DNA of 64,000 nucleotides from Amoebidium appalachense (Eukaryota; Protista; Ichthyosporea). Position numbers and translations under genes: made by a program. Each line of letters starts with the position of its first letter. Position 1 is the first letter of the stretch. Positions 63,717 to 64,000 of this stretch are shown in pieces. The notes beneath the pieces are model-generated. The model was not told the DNA's origin, did no database searches, and saw only the letters and a program-made list of their open reading frames with translations. The DNA is taken from the NCBI GenBank assembly GCA_963693365.1, contig CAVNZM010000015.1:5215502-5279501 (forward strand). Direction: 5' to 3'.

Positions 63717-63924
63717 TGAATATGATATATAGACTTCCACACTCGTGATAGTGGGAATTCGTTGTGGGCGGAGTGTGGGTTTTGGGGTTTTTCATTCTAA
63801 CGGGCCGTTACGTTCACGATCTGTGTGGAGGGGTCCGTTTAATCTTCAAAAATCATTATGGTGCATAAAAACAGCAGCCTTGCTTTGTCTGTTACTTTGT
63901 TTTGGCCCGGGGAAGGAGGAGGAA

Positions 63925-63957
<33 letters not shown>

Positions 63958-64000
63958 CTTAGTGCTGTGAGGGAAGGTTGTAAATATGTTACTCCGCTCT

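Overview
Eukaryotic, intron-rich DNA whose introns are full of (CA)n, (CT)n and long poly-G/poly-C runs; almost every ORF-track entry is repeat noise. Manual GT-AG exon assembly gives three phase-consistent multi-exon genes: (1) a minus-strand fusion of FSH1/OVCA2-type serine hydrolase, RWD domain and Ygr210-like Obg GTPase (16069 to 642, 3' end not resolved); (2) a plus-strand bHLH-PAS-PAS transcription factor (at least 23706-33966, start not found); (3) a plus-strand ERT1/AcuK-like PAS protein with no detectable Zn2Cys6 domain (52783-63716). There are also two convergent single-exon CYSTM genes with parallel promoters. Mobile DNA includes a 5'-truncated APE-RT LINE, a decayed related LINE, a THAP/ISL2EU-Harbinger transposase relic, two MITEs and an integrase fragment. 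The gene mix suggests a unicellular opisthokont, e.g. ichthyosporean-like (inference only). The two least explained signals are a ~130-145 bp TGA...TCA element family sitting in poly-C runs, sense-oriented in all 7 intronic copies, and tandem amplifications anchored on splice signals in all three spliced genes.
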